A stretch of 64,000 nucleotides of DNA from a virus (Duplodnaviria; Caudoviricetes). The translations under genes were made by a program, and so were the position numbers. Location of the stretch: the IMG/VR virus record IMGVR_UViG_3300030100_000755, positions 19,987 to 83,986 of that record; one strand, 5' to 3'. Of this stretch, positions 20,001 through 28,758 are shown in pieces; within the stretch, counting starts at the first letter, position 1; every line of letters begins with the position of its first letter. The notes beneath the pieces are model-generated. The model was given only the letters and a program-made list of their open reading frames with translations, did no database searches and was not told the origin of the DNA.

Positions 20001-20625
20001 TGTATTGAGAGAATGAAGAATTAAGTTTAGTAATTAATTGTTGTTTTTCTTGTTCACTTAAATTCGACTTATTAATTTTCTGTTCATAATTAGCCAGCTT
20101 ATCACTTGCTTTTTGAATAGCAACACTGTTTTTAGATAATACATCAGCACTCTTTTGTGCTTCTTTAGCTATTTGTGATTCAGCAGCAGCTTGAGCTTGC
20201 GTTAACTTAGTCTCAGCTTGTAGTGAGCGATTTACTTTACCAATAGCAGCATCAAGACTAACCTTTGCTGTCTGCAAATCAAGAGCATCACCCTCAGCAG
20301 CAACAACAGCACGAGAATACCTTTCAAATGCTGAACCTACTTGCTCTAATAATTGGTTTTGTTTCTGGCTACCACGAACGTTTAGGTCTATTTTAGCATT
20401 ATAATCTTGTACGGTTTTAGCGGCACGATTAATTAGATTAGCATTCCTCTGTACTAATCTACTTTGATCTTGTATTGGTTTATTAGCACTAGCCGCTGCT
20501 TTCTCAAATGCCTTTGTTGCTTGGTCGATAGTCCTCAGCTTCTTATTCAAAGCATTAATTCTATCAATAGCAATTTTAATCGAATCAGTGTTTACTTGAA
20601 CACTACCCTGAATAGAAGCTGTCAT
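17002..20625 (-). CDS. Tail tape measure protein
   Basis: 1207 aa, Ala/Gln-rich helical; QFVGQVQGG..SQQ region; C-terminal FATGGYVSGAGTGTSDSIPARLSDGEYV. Confidence 0.92.
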   Translation of the reverse strand: MTASIQGSVQVNTDSIKIAIDRINALNKKLRTIDQATKAFEKAAASANKPIQDQSRLVQRNANLINRAAKTVQDYNAKIDLNVRGSQKQNQLLEQVGSAFERYSRAVVAAEGDALDLQTAKVSLDAAIGKVNRSLQAETKLTQAQAAAESQIAKEAQKSADVLSKNSVAIQKASDKLANYEQKINKSNLSEQEKQQLITKLNSSFSQYTSEIESAAGKTTKVSQANANYSSSLSEINRGLASYSKVTKTTEAQEVSKVNKLAELERQYQRYVQVIRNSNLTLSAQREEELKLKSAYDTATIAVRANGAATVDSANKINQFRNAVQNTSQALRSQLKGVGRGAGQAGIQIQQFVGQVQGGVDPMIALSQQSADLGFALGVPLAGAIAGIAFSLGSALVPTLFNGKDAVEEFAEAIDNLRESSIKTDGSLITLSDEIMNLAKINIDLARVQAGLNLTEAEKGVKKAVGAISDELGALADFTDAKLVKRIASARKNIVSNVDQASIAFEEFGEKFGLAGAPARDFGKTVAEAYSELEKDPSAEGITTFTSTIGGLRDQYGNLNKEGEEFLRKILSLTNKAKDASDVMKVLKEAVGATSEELKSMAFESSTQQVIKENQALLYELEGNAKAANELRFALSKGVNSFDELPEDLRNAYLAQVRLNEALEKMSDSAKSNEALSSSLKKLQQNYAVLQLQAKGNTEEAFMLAEAHKLGKDSVSELDAEQTKMLATMFKYKQDIKDANKSLTDLKNQQKLYADAITAVNEAQAKTTIYTNSSTQAQVDAKLAALANTTAMNKQLNSLKLLSDADKQRLANSLGVTTNIKNRVQFEKDLAKAYKDQVTAATDAQKAAQSLFNARQQMQNITASSSNIAGINQNFDNQRTQLSQDVGAALGGITDPQKKKELVDQYVASMMELDKQKEAALAAARMQGQQASQIGPISNTEQLRQDFEQRKQTLKDIFGEESQMYKDHLADLENQYKQQNFQMEFANQAQAANDVLGGAMNVMQTMGKENSKAYQAMAIGQAVIQQAMAVNSVWADPSVPFWGKIGLSAMAGAQVGAQIKAIKSQSFATGGYVSGAGTGTSDSIPARLSDGEYVINAAATRLLGVDTLDMLNQGKLPVGLKMGGSVGRVPTIRNESGGNSWGDISVQVINEGNGQIEATRTEQGYAENGKAELRIFIREVMQEEFNAGRTDRTMNNNYGLTRKPTRR

Positions 20626-20643
20626 CTTATCCTCTCATAGAAA

Positions 20644-20673
20644 TAAAAAAGGGGACTCCTATTAGAAGCCCCC
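20644..20673 (-). terminator. Intrinsic terminator after the tail chaperone genes
   Basis: GGGGGCTTC-TAATA-GGAGTCCCC hairpin followed by a T tract on the minus strand. Confidence 0.7.
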
Positions 20674-20880
20674 TGAACGCTTACCCTTATTCTTATTCTT
20701 AGCTTTCTTAGCCTCCTTCTTAGACTCTTCTGCTTTCAACATTAAATACCCCATCCATAGTGAAAATTCACTTTCTGGCATATCTAATATTTCACCATGT
20801 GTCTTGTGAAGGTGTTCAGCTAATTGTAGTTCGTTATAAGTTTCAGGGTCATCTTTTAATAATTTAGATATTACTTTGGG
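20662..20880 (-). CDS. Tail assembly chaperone, -1 frameshift extension (lambda T-like)
   Basis: The -1 frame from the slippery CCCAAAG (20880-20874) reads PKVISKLLKDDPETYNELQLAEHLHKTHGEILDMPESEFSLWMGYL...GGF*. Confidence 0.8.
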   Translation of the reverse strand, partial: PKVISKLLKDDPETYNELQLAEHLHKTHGEILDMPESEFSLWMGYLMLKAEESKKEAKKAKNKNKGKRSGGF

Positions 20881-21215
20881 TCAGTTTCCGCTCCCAACAA
20901 GGCCATTAATGCTTCTGCACAAACCTCATCGAACTCACCACCTGTTTCTAATCCCTCAATAACATCAAAATCTTCATCAGTGAAAACTTTCTCACCAGTT
21001 TCAGCAATCTTAGTAAGTTGAATGGCTGTGTACACCTCTAACAGCGCATTATTAACTTGACCATTCTCAGTGGACTTAGCAATAATTTCACGCTTGTCAC
21101 GGCGAGTAGGGAAGCTGAAAAACAACTCCATACCATCTAGGGTGAACTTACGACCACCATTCTTCTTACCAGTTAAAAGTTTATCACGTACAGATTTACG
21201 AATGTCTTGGCTCAT
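20871..21215 (-). CDS. Tail assembly chaperone (lambda G-like)
   Basis: Lies between tail tube and tape measure genes; ends GAC CCA AAG TAA. Confidence 0.8.
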   Translation of the reverse strand: MSQDIRKSVRDKLLTGKKNGGRKFTLDGMELFFSFPTRRDKREIIAKSTENGQVNNALLEVYTAIQLTKIAETGEKVFTDEDFDVIEGLETGGEFDEVCAEALMALLGAETDPK

Positions 21216-21241
21216 TTAACACTCTCCATTTTAAATATTAA

Positions 21242-22279
21242 TTAAGGCGCTGGATTGATAGTGAAAGCACCAGTACCCTGACCAGATACACTTGCTTCTG
21301 CTAATGAATCAACAGCAGTTGAAATAGAACAATCGGTAATAACAGCCTCACCACTAAATGTTTGACCACTAGTACCTTCTGGTGAATAACGGAAGAATAA
21401 GTTAGTTTTATTTTCCCATGCTTCAATAGTCCAGATTAAACCTTGTGGCGCTTTACTGTTACTACCAAATCTCCATGAGAAAGGTTTGACACCCTCTGGT
21501 ACAAAAAGACTAAAGCTTACTGATTCAGTTTCATCGCCCCCCGGTCCACCTGAGTAACCATCACTACCGATGCGGAAGTAACCACGAGCAAGGTTTTCAC
21601 CGTCACCCTCTACATCAAATTCAATGATGAAACGATCACGATTTTGTAGTATCTGTGCAAAGTCAGAACTAGTTTGATAGAAACCCTCAGCGTCCACTGA
21701 TACATCGCGTAGAGTTGGTTTATAAAGTTGATAACCACCATTAGCACCAACAGTTTCAAAGCAACCTGTCTCAATAGTCTCAGATGACTGTGTTAGGTCA
21801 AAACTGTTAAAGCAACCAAATGTGGTGACAGGCATATATTCACCTGATAATGTAACAGCACCACTAACACTGTAACCGTCAACAAACTTAACGCGACCAT
21901 GTAGGAAATCAATCTCATCAATATTAGATGCTGCTACAACACCACTACCATCTTCTACGATTAAACCTGCTTCATAATCAAATACAGATTTAGCGCGGTC
22001 TGTAATTTCATACCAATCACCATTAACAGTAGTTGCTTCATTAGTGAATGCTGTTGCTGTACCAGTCTTGCGAATACGTGCATTGTAACCAGCCGTTTCA
22101 CGGAACATGGCGTTAGCACTAAATGAATGACTGATAATACCAGTAATACTTGAATTAAAATCAGAACCAAATACAGTTGTATCCAGATCTTCACCCTCTA
22201 AGTCAACAGATGCATCATTACCCGGCATTACAGCCCATGTGATACCATCTGGTGAGACTTCAAAAGTTTTAGCTGACAT
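21242..22279 (-). CDS. Major tail (tube) protein
   Basis: 345 aa with two tube-like repeats; ends SVSGQGTGA; position in the tail operon. Confidence 0.8.
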   Translation of the reverse strand: MSAKTFEVSPDGITWAVMPGNDASVDLEGEDLDTTVFGSDFNSSITGIISHSFSANAMFRETAGYNARIRKTGTATAFTNEATTVNGDWYEITDRAKSVFDYEAGLIVEDGSGVVAASNIDEIDFLHGRVKFVDGYSVSGAVTLSGEYMPVTTFGCFNSFDLTQSSETIETGCFETVGANGGYQLYKPTLRDVSVDAEGFYQTSSDFAQILQNRDRFIIEFDVEGDGENLARGYFRIGSDGYSGGPGGDETESVSFSLFVPEGVKPFSWRFGSNSKAPQGLIWTIEAWENKTNLFFRYSPEGTSGQTFSGEAVITDCSISTAVDSLAEASVSGQGTGAFTINPAP

Positions 22280-22299
22280 TTAATCTTACTCCTATAATA

Positions 22300-22737
22300 T
22301 TAAGAAATTATGTCTCGATTGCCTTCTTTATTTTGAGCCTCACGCACAAAACTTAATGTAGATGTGTACAGACTAGATTCACTATCTATACTTACAAGAT
22401 TAGGCATTTGCTGACTTGTAAATTGGAAATATGTATAACCATTTAATTCTATGTTATACGCGCCAAGTAACTTGTTATAGACACTCCAAGCGTAATCTCG
22501 TGCTTGGGTTATTTTATCTCGTTTGTAACACACCACTTGCATTACAATCGTTATATCATCGCGTAGGAATCTAGGGTTTGGTGTACCGTTGATCATTCTA
22601 ACAACAAGGATGTAATCAGGGTCATTCTGCAATTCAGACTGCAATGGTATGTTATCCACATACACTCGACCTAATGTGGCATCACCCTCATTGATAAGGT
22701 ATTGTGCGATTTCTTGTGATGGGTGTTTATACGCCAT
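22300..22737 (-). CDS. Tail terminator / minor capsid-associated protein
   Basis: Synteny and size. Confidence 0.6.
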   Translation of the reverse strand: MAYKHPSQEIAQYLINEGDATLGRVYVDNIPLQSELQNDPDYILVVRMINGTPNPRFLRDDITIVMQVVCYKRDKITQARDYAWSVYNKLLGAYNIELNGYTYFQFTSQQMPNLVSIDSESSLYTSTLSFVREAQNKEGNRDIIS

Positions 22738-23182
22738 TGAATATACCTTTTAATAATCTAGCTAATTCCGTTTCCCCTGTTTCACGGAAACCGCGTTCTA
22801 GGAAGTGAGATGATGGTGTGGGTTGATGATCGACTTTATAGCGTATGTTAGTACCCGCGATCTTTTTATTAGGGTAACTACTAGGCCATATACCCTCGTG
22901 CATCATCTTAGCGTAGTTAAAACCATTAACATCAACTAAGCGACCCTCTTTGTCATAACCAGCAATACCAGTTATCTTACCTCGCCGCTTACTCGTTATT
23001 ACTTCTACGTCTGTGAAAAAAGAATCTCGTAAATCACCTGAGTCGATAGGAACATAACTTTGTGATACGTCCTCAACTGATTTAAGATATTCCTCTACCG
23101 CGTGTATGGTATTCTCATGTACTTTTTCTAGGCTAGTAGTTAATTGCTTAATGAAATTATTTATATCTGATTCTTTAAACAT
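22727..23182 (-). CDS. HK97 gp10-like neck protein
   Basis: VPIDSGDLRDS, YAKMMHEG and FLERG motifs. Confidence 0.75.
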   Translation of the reverse strand: MFKESDINNFIKQLTTSLEKVHENTIHAVEEYLKSVEDVSQSYVPIDSGDLRDSFFTDVEVITSKRRGKITGIAGYDKEGRLVDVNGFNYAKMMHEGIWPSSYPNKKIAGTNIRYKVDHQPTPSSHFLERGFRETGETELARLLKGIFNGV

Positions 23183-23272
23183 AACCTTCGCCTAATTAAA
23201 GTGAGATGATTGCTGCTCCATTTTGAGCCTGACCTGAAGAGTGAAACAGAACAACAACCCCCTCAACAACTT

Positions 23273-23590
23273 TTAAACAAGCGCTCTGTACTCATATCTT
23301 GTACCAGATAGGTTAGATATAGAACGTTCATTTTTAATCTCATAAGCGTTTGAGGGAGGGTTAATATCAGGAATATCACCCAATACTACATAGTCACCAA
23401 TCTCAAATACTTTCTCAGGGAAATAAATAGTTGCTCGACCCATTGATTGCCTACCGTCATTATTAACAATCAACTCCGACCTATCTTCCCACCTAACATT
23501 AAATGTACCTACATTGTAATAACTAGGTACATTATTAAGGTCTACACCTTCATATCTCCATAGCGTAACCATTTGAGGATGCTTATTCAT
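23273..23590 (-). CDS. Head closure protein
   Basis: Synteny; VRWEDRSELIV..DG pattern. Confidence 0.6.
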   Translation of the reverse strand: MNKHPQMVTLWRYEGVDLNNVPSYYNVGTFNVRWEDRSELIVNNDGRQSMGRATIYFPEKVFEIGDYVVLGDIPDINPPSNAYEIKNERSISNLSGTRYEYRALV

Positions 23591-23591
23591 A

Positions 23592-24107
23592 TCACCCCCT
23601 AATTAGTTCTGCTTGCTTAAATGTATTACCACCATAACCAAGATGCTTTAGTTTACTAGCGATGCGATTGTAAGCAGCAACAAATGGTGTACTACCATCT
23701 TGATAACCACCTAAATACTCCTCACTAGAATCACCATAGCTTTGTTTAATTAATGTCTTAACGTTCTCTAAATCTTCTACTGAATGATTCTCTAACAAGA
23801 TAGCAAACTCAGATACAGCCTCAATAATAGCAAGAGGAATACCCTTAACTTCTCGATTCTCACTATCTACGAAAGTCTTACGTGGGAATAATAAACCCTG
23901 ATCTTTCTTGAGCATGTGACTACGCCATTTGAATTGACTATCCATAAATGACGATGCTTTCATTAATAACTTTTCTTTATCAGCGTCATCTAGTAATAAC
24001 CAATCAGAATAACCCCAAAACTCAGCAAAAGAATCAGACTGCGAAATAGAGGCATAACTTGTTGCCCCTACTACACCACTACCATCTTCTACTTGAAAGG
24101 TATACAT
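23592..24107 (-). CDS. Head-tail adaptor (DnaT-like family)
   Basis: VEDGSGVVGATSY...LLFPR motifs. Confidence 0.75.
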   Translation of the reverse strand: MYTFQVEDGSGVVGATSYASISQSDSFAEFWGYSDWLLLDDADKEKLLMKASSFMDSQFKWRSHMLKKDQGLLFPRKTFVDSENREVKGIPLAIIEAVSEFAILLENHSVEDLENVKTLIKQSYGDSSEEYLGGYQDGSTPFVAAYNRIASKLKHLGYGGNTFKQAELIRG

Positions 24108-24562
24108 TAATCAGCGTCCTTAATAGAGGCTAAGATTTCTAACGCCCGTTCTTTATTAACTTTTTCATCTGTAAACTTAGATGCTAATGAGCGCAACTTA
24201 GGCCATGATAATTCAGCATAGTCATCTGGAATTGTTACCGTTTCTTCTTGGTCTTCGTCTGAATCTTTTGATTCTTCTTCTTTAGATTCTTTAACCTCTT
24301 GTTCCACTTTAGACTCAATAGTCTTAGGTGCAGCTTTAACCTCACCACCAAGCTCTGGCTTAAATTCTTTAATCTCTTTATTCTGAATCTTATAAGTGGC
24401 ACGGATTTCATCAGAGGTTGTATAGAAATAATCATAACGACCTTCTGGTGATGCATTAACAAAGAATGTAGGATTAGAAAATGTCACACGAAAATCATCG
24501 AACTCTTTGCGATGTTTAATATTAGTTGTGTATGCAATTAGGGTTGGTCTTACGTTACTCAT
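24107..24562 (-). CDS. Hypothetical virion/assembly protein
   Basis: Follows the capsid gene; acidic linker, short C-terminal helical domain. Confidence 0.55.
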   Translation of the reverse strand: MSNVRPTLIAYTTNIKHRKEFDDFRVTFSNPTFFVNASPEGRYDYFYTTSDEIRATYKIQNKEIKEFKPELGGEVKAAPKTIESKVEQEVKESKEEESKDSDEDQEETVTIPDDYAELSWPKLRSLASKFTDEKVNKERALEILASIKDAD

Positions 24563-24638
24563 TATGTATCTCCATTCAGATCAGGATTCAAGGCTCTTAT
24601 GTAAATAGGGGTTACTTAGATAAAAGTCTTGTGATAAT

Positions 24639-24662
24639 AAAAGGAGGGGACAAGCCCCTCTC
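24639..24662 (-). terminator. Intrinsic terminator after the major capsid gene
   Basis: GAGGGG-CTTGT-CCCCTC hairpin followed by CTTTT on the minus strand. Confidence 0.7.
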
Positions 24663-24681
24663 AATTATTTATTTGATAGGA

Positions 24682-25716
24682 TTATGCTGATGGTTCGTCA
24701 TCAACGATAAGCATAACACCCGGTCCAGACTTAACTGACTGGTACTTGTAATCCCAGTTAGAAGCAGTAGCCAATTGGCCATCAGTAGGTGATTCAGAAC
24801 CGACCCAACTAAAGCCTTTAATAGCTACGCGATATGCACCTTCACCTTGGTAAGTAACCAATAGGTTTTGTTTACCAGTTTTACGCTCAACTTCTAGGTC
24901 GAAGTAAGGCTGTTGTGAAATAACAAGCGCTTGCTCAGTTAGACCAAGAATGCGATGGCGAGTGATTTCTTCACTACCGTCTTGTGCCGCTGATACGTCT
25001 TGTGTAAAGGTTAGCGCAGGGCTATCAGTTACATAAGCTGGTAGACCATAAGTACCGGGATTACCACCGTATACTACTGCACCAGATACCTCACCAAGTT
25101 TCTCAGTGATTTGGTTATCCACTAGTTCAGTGAAAGGTGCAGATGGCATTACCCACATGCGAGTGCGTGAACGCTTATCACCCATAAGACCTAGTACGCG
25201 GTTAAGGTTACGTAGGGTAACAGAAGTACCATTAGCTTTAGGGTTAACAGCATCAGCAGCACCACGAGTATCAAATACCATAGCCGCTTCGTTAGACATA
25301 GCAGCAACTAGCGCACCAAGACCACCGTTAAGGTATTTCTCAGCAAGTTGTTGACCAGCAGCTTCACCAAGTAGTACAGACATAAGATCTGGTGATTCAG
25401 AAATCTTACGGAAACCGTCAATAGTGTTAGAGTTAGGACCAACACGATAGTTACACAAAATGTCTTTAACTTGGTCTTGAGTAAGTTTAGTTTCTGGTGC
25501 ATCTGCTGTTGAAGTAGTATCACGATCAGATACTAGACCATCAACGTTTTGGAAGAATGCAGACTCAAGAAACTCACCACGAGTGGCTTCTGTAACTACG
25601 ATGATACCACGAGGGCCAGCATTAAGAACACTAACTTCTTGTTCCAAAGCTTCTAACATACCAGTTTGGAAACCGTCTTGATAGATTGTAAAATCTGTTT
25701 TATTACCGATAGGCAT
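24682..25716 (-). CDS. Major capsid protein
   Basis: 344 aa after the scaffold gene; strong SD (AAGGAG); highly biased codons; own terminator; AIKGFSW motif. Confidence 0.85.
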   Translation of the reverse strand: MPIGNKTDFTIYQDGFQTGMLEALEQEVSVLNAGPRGIIVVTEATRGEFLESAFFQNVDGLVSDRDTTSTADAPETKLTQDQVKDILCNYRVGPNSNTIDGFRKISESPDLMSVLLGEAAGQQLAEKYLNGGLGALVAAMSNEAAMVFDTRGAADAVNPKANGTSVTLRNLNRVLGLMGDKRSRTRMWVMPSAPFTELVDNQITEKLGEVSGAVVYGGNPGTYGLPAYVTDSPALTFTQDVSAAQDGSEEITRHRILGLTEQALVISQQPYFDLEVERKTGKQNLLVTYQGEGAYRVAIKGFSWVGSESPTDGQLATASNWDYKYQSVKSGPGVMLIVDDEPSA

Positions 25717-25789
25717 TTTAAATCTCTCCTTTAGAGTTTTCTATTTTTTAGAAACCCTCACGGCTTCCACTTCGTTTAATGTAATTATA

Positions 25790-26584
25790 TTAACTAGGTA
25801 ATGCGTTATACGCATCAACACCGTTCTCAGCGATAAACTTATGTTTAGCACTACGATCTTTTTGTAGCTGTGATTTAGTAACGTCAGACTTAGGTTTACG
25901 ATTACCTTGTTGCCCTTGCATACCAGCACCACGCTTAACTTCTTGCTCAAATGCGCGACCAAACACTTCGTGGTTTTTAAGCGCCTTAACGTGGTCTTGA
26001 ATAGTCATGTATTCACCACGATCATTAAATTCTGTTTCACCATTCTCATCAACAATCTGTACGTCATAACCACCACGGTCATTCTGAACTAGACGAGAAG
26101 ATGATGTTACTTTGTCTAAAAGAAACTCAGGGAAACCCTTTTCAGAACGAATAGCATCACGAGCAGCAGATTCAATTAACGTAGTTTCAAGACGCTTTTG
26201 CATCTCAGACTTCTCAGCTTCATACTGATCAATACGTTGTTGATATTTTTGCTCTAAACTCTTACGTTGCTTATCAAGTTCTTTACGGTCTACGCGAGAA
26301 TCATCTTGCTCTTGCTTAGTGTCACCACCTTTATCACGCAACTCAATTAACTGTTCAATTTCATCAGGCTCTAAACCATAACCTTTAAAACGCTCTAGTT
26401 CTTCACGGCGTTGTTTGGCTTCTTGGTTTGCTGATTTAAGTTGCTTCTTGATTTGAGCAAAATCTTTCTTGGGGATTTTAACTACGTCATCCTCAATTTG
26501 ATCATGTTCTCGTGTCTCAAGGTTCTCTTGATTTTCTTCTAATGCTTCTTCACGCTCTTCGTGTTGTTTGTCTTGTTCACTCAT
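25790..26584 (-). CDS. Capsid scaffolding protein
   Basis: Highly charged coiled coil between portal and capsid genes; GAGMQG near the C-terminus. Confidence 0.8.
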   Translation of the reverse strand: MSEQDKQHEEREEALEENQENLETREHDQIEDDVVKIPKKDFAQIKKQLKSANQEAKQRREELERFKGYGLEPDEIEQLIELRDKGGDTKQEQDDSRVDRKELDKQRKSLEQKYQQRIDQYEAEKSEMQKRLETTLIESAARDAIRSEKGFPEFLLDKVTSSSRLVQNDRGGYDVQIVDENGETEFNDRGEYMTIQDHVKALKNHEVFGRAFEQEVKRGAGMQGQQGNRKPKSDVTKSQLQKDRSAKHKFIAENGVDAYNALPS

Positions 26585-28071
26585 TAATTGTCCTCACGAC
26601 TTGTTTCAGGCTCAGGTTGGTTTGTGTCATCATCCGAAGAATCTGACGGTTGCTTAAATAGAGACTCTGTTTGTAGACCCTCCATCATTTCAATGTCTTT
26701 GACAGTGATGTGTGGCGCTAGTAGTCCTCTACGCTTGGCCTCAGCTAGTGCGACCTCTGGTTTTAGACCCATCCAATCACATAAGGTAACAAATCCTTGA
26801 ACTGGATTAGGATCATCAGCAAGGTTTAAGTCAGCACCAATACTTACTGTCGGTTCAAAATCTGTATCTAAATCTAACCAATCAGCAGCTACTTTATAGT
26901 TCTGTTCTAGCATTTGTTCAATTGATCGAATACTGATTTGAGCAACACTCAATGCTTCTGCTTGGTCAATCTTTCTTGCTTGCGCTGTTTGTCTTGATAC
27001 AGACTTACCAAATAGAATATCAGCACCACTACGATGCATCTGTTCTTCAATGTCTTTACCATGTTGTCTACCAGCGCTAATCGATGTACCCGTATGCTCC
27101 ACATACTTAATTGATGCATCTTTATTGTTAGTGACAACCATGTTGTTAGCGGCAATGGTTAGACTATCTGAATCTTCTTGTTCAAAACCAGCGCCTAGTA
27201 AGAATGGTACTCTAGCTACGTGTAGGATATTAGCTTGATCACTAGAACTCTGGAAGTGCTGTAAGTTAAGCCATGCTAAATCTTCCAATGTTGGATTAGC
27301 TAAGAATGTGCCGTACTTATTTGCATAACCAGATTGAATTGGTACATAACCCAATGAATTAGGAATGGTATCAATCAACTCAAAATCACCCTCACCAGTT
27401 TGAGGTAAAGTCATTCCAACTGGTCTAGGAATATAACCACTAACCTTAGAATAATCTCTAGCATATATTTCAATTACATCTGGCTTAATAACACGAACAA
27501 TTTCACGCTCTTGTTCTAAGAAATCTTCTGTTAGCGTAATGTCTGAATCTAGGATTCGAATATGCTCTACACTTTCAAACCCGTTATTATATGCTAAATC
27601 CCAACCAATTAAATTCAATGGTGATATACGAGCAAGGTAAGGACGTAACCCCAAGTTACGATATGTCACAGCGTCTACACTTTGAATTGGTGAATTAGGG
27701 AAATCAACATAGTTATGACATTTACCAAATAACAGTGCATCTTCAAATAACTCAGCAGCGTGTTCGGTAATACTTTGCCCTTGACCATTAGCGTTATACT
27801 CTAAATAACTCAATTCGTCAGGAATGCCAGATATTTTAATGTTATCACTAAATGCGTTACCTACCATAGAGGTAATCGTTCTACGATACACATTAAACAA
27901 AAAAGACCTATTAACACGGAGTTTATATAGGTCATCACTTTCATTAGGGTTTTGAGGCAACCATTTAGCCGCCTCTTTTCGCATACGTGGTGTACCACCC
28001 ATCAACGCGAGAGGTAGTTCCCATTTAGATGCCATCTCTCTATATGCGCGTAGAGGTGTATTCACTGCCAT
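26584..28071 (-). CDS. Portal protein (DUF4055-like)
   Basis: LMGGT..MR.EAAKWLP....ESDDLY..R...S.LFNVYRRTI; PTLEDLAWLNLQHFQSSSD. Confidence 0.88.
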   Translation of the reverse strand: MAVNTPLRAYREMASKWELPLALMGGTPRMRKEAAKWLPQNPNESDDLYKLRVNRSFLFNVYRRTITSMVGNAFSDNIKISGIPDELSYLEYNANGQGQSITEHAAELFEDALLFGKCHNYVDFPNSPIQSVDAVTYRNLGLRPYLARISPLNLIGWDLAYNNGFESVEHIRILDSDITLTEDFLEQEREIVRVIKPDVIEIYARDYSKVSGYIPRPVGMTLPQTGEGDFELIDTIPNSLGYVPIQSGYANKYGTFLANPTLEDLAWLNLQHFQSSSDQANILHVARVPFLLGAGFEQEDSDSLTIAANNMVVTNNKDASIKYVEHTGTSISAGRQHGKDIEEQMHRSGADILFGKSVSRQTAQARKIDQAEALSVAQISIRSIEQMLEQNYKVAADWLDLDTDFEPTVSIGADLNLADDPNPVQGFVTLCDWMGLKPEVALAEAKRRGLLAPHITVKDIEMMEGLQTESLFKQPSDSSDDDTNQPEPETSREDN

Positions 28072-28117
28072 TGTATGCTCCTATATTTCAATGGTAAAAA
28101 TTAGACACATTGGTATA

Positions 28118-28390
28118 TTAACAGTTGTCTATGACTCTTACTTGTGTTACATAACAATCACTACGAGTTGGTGTTGAATAATCAAAATGTATATCCGCTA
28201 TACCCGTTTCAACACCAACTAACAATACTGATATGATCCCATTTTCAAATGTAAATGTTGAAACTGAAACTTTATTATCAGGGTTAGTTATGACAACATT
28301 TGTTAATGATTCACCATTGAGCCAGCGACTAACCCCTAACTCAAATGCGTCAGTTTTCCCCACCTTTAATTTGCGTTTAAAGGTTTCCAT
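28118..28390 (-). CDS. Small Ig-like / beta-sandwich virion protein
   Basis: 90 aa, beta-rich pattern. Confidence 0.5.
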   Translation of the reverse strand: METFKRKLKVGKTDAFELGVSRWLNGESLTNVVITNPDNKVSVSTFTFENGIISVLLVGVETGIADIHFDYSTPTRSDCYVTQVRVIDNC

Positions 28391-28395
28391 AATAA

Positions 28396-28743
28396 TTACG
28401 CTGGTACTGTAATAACTAGGCTATTGACTGTACTAGTCTCACCAGAAATATAATTGGTGGTACTTAGCGTAATATCTGTACCAATAACTAGTGTGATTTC
28501 CTCACTACCACTAACAAGTTTAACTGTATCTGCTGTACCAGTTGTTGTGATTGTAGCTTCACCACCGTTAGCTGGTACTGCTGTAATGGTAGCGTTATCA
28601 CCACTATTTGCCGTACTCCAACTGGTAATAGTGTGTTCAGCTAGAGGTGTAGAACCTTCTAATACACGCAAGATCGAGCCAGCCCAATTTGTTGCGAAAT
28701 CATTTGCTTGCTCTAGTGTTGCCGCTGCGTTTAAAGTTGCCAT
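28396..28743 (-). CDS. Hypothetical virion protein
   Basis: Ala/Thr/Gly-rich 115 aa, upstream of portal. Confidence 0.55.
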   Translation of the reverse strand: MATLNAAATLEQANDFATNWAGSILRVLEGSTPLAEHTITSWSTANSGDNATITAVPANGGEATITTTGTADTVKLVSGSEEITLVIGTDITLSTTNYISGETSTVNSLVITVPA

Positions 28744-28758
28744 TAATTGTTTCCTCGT

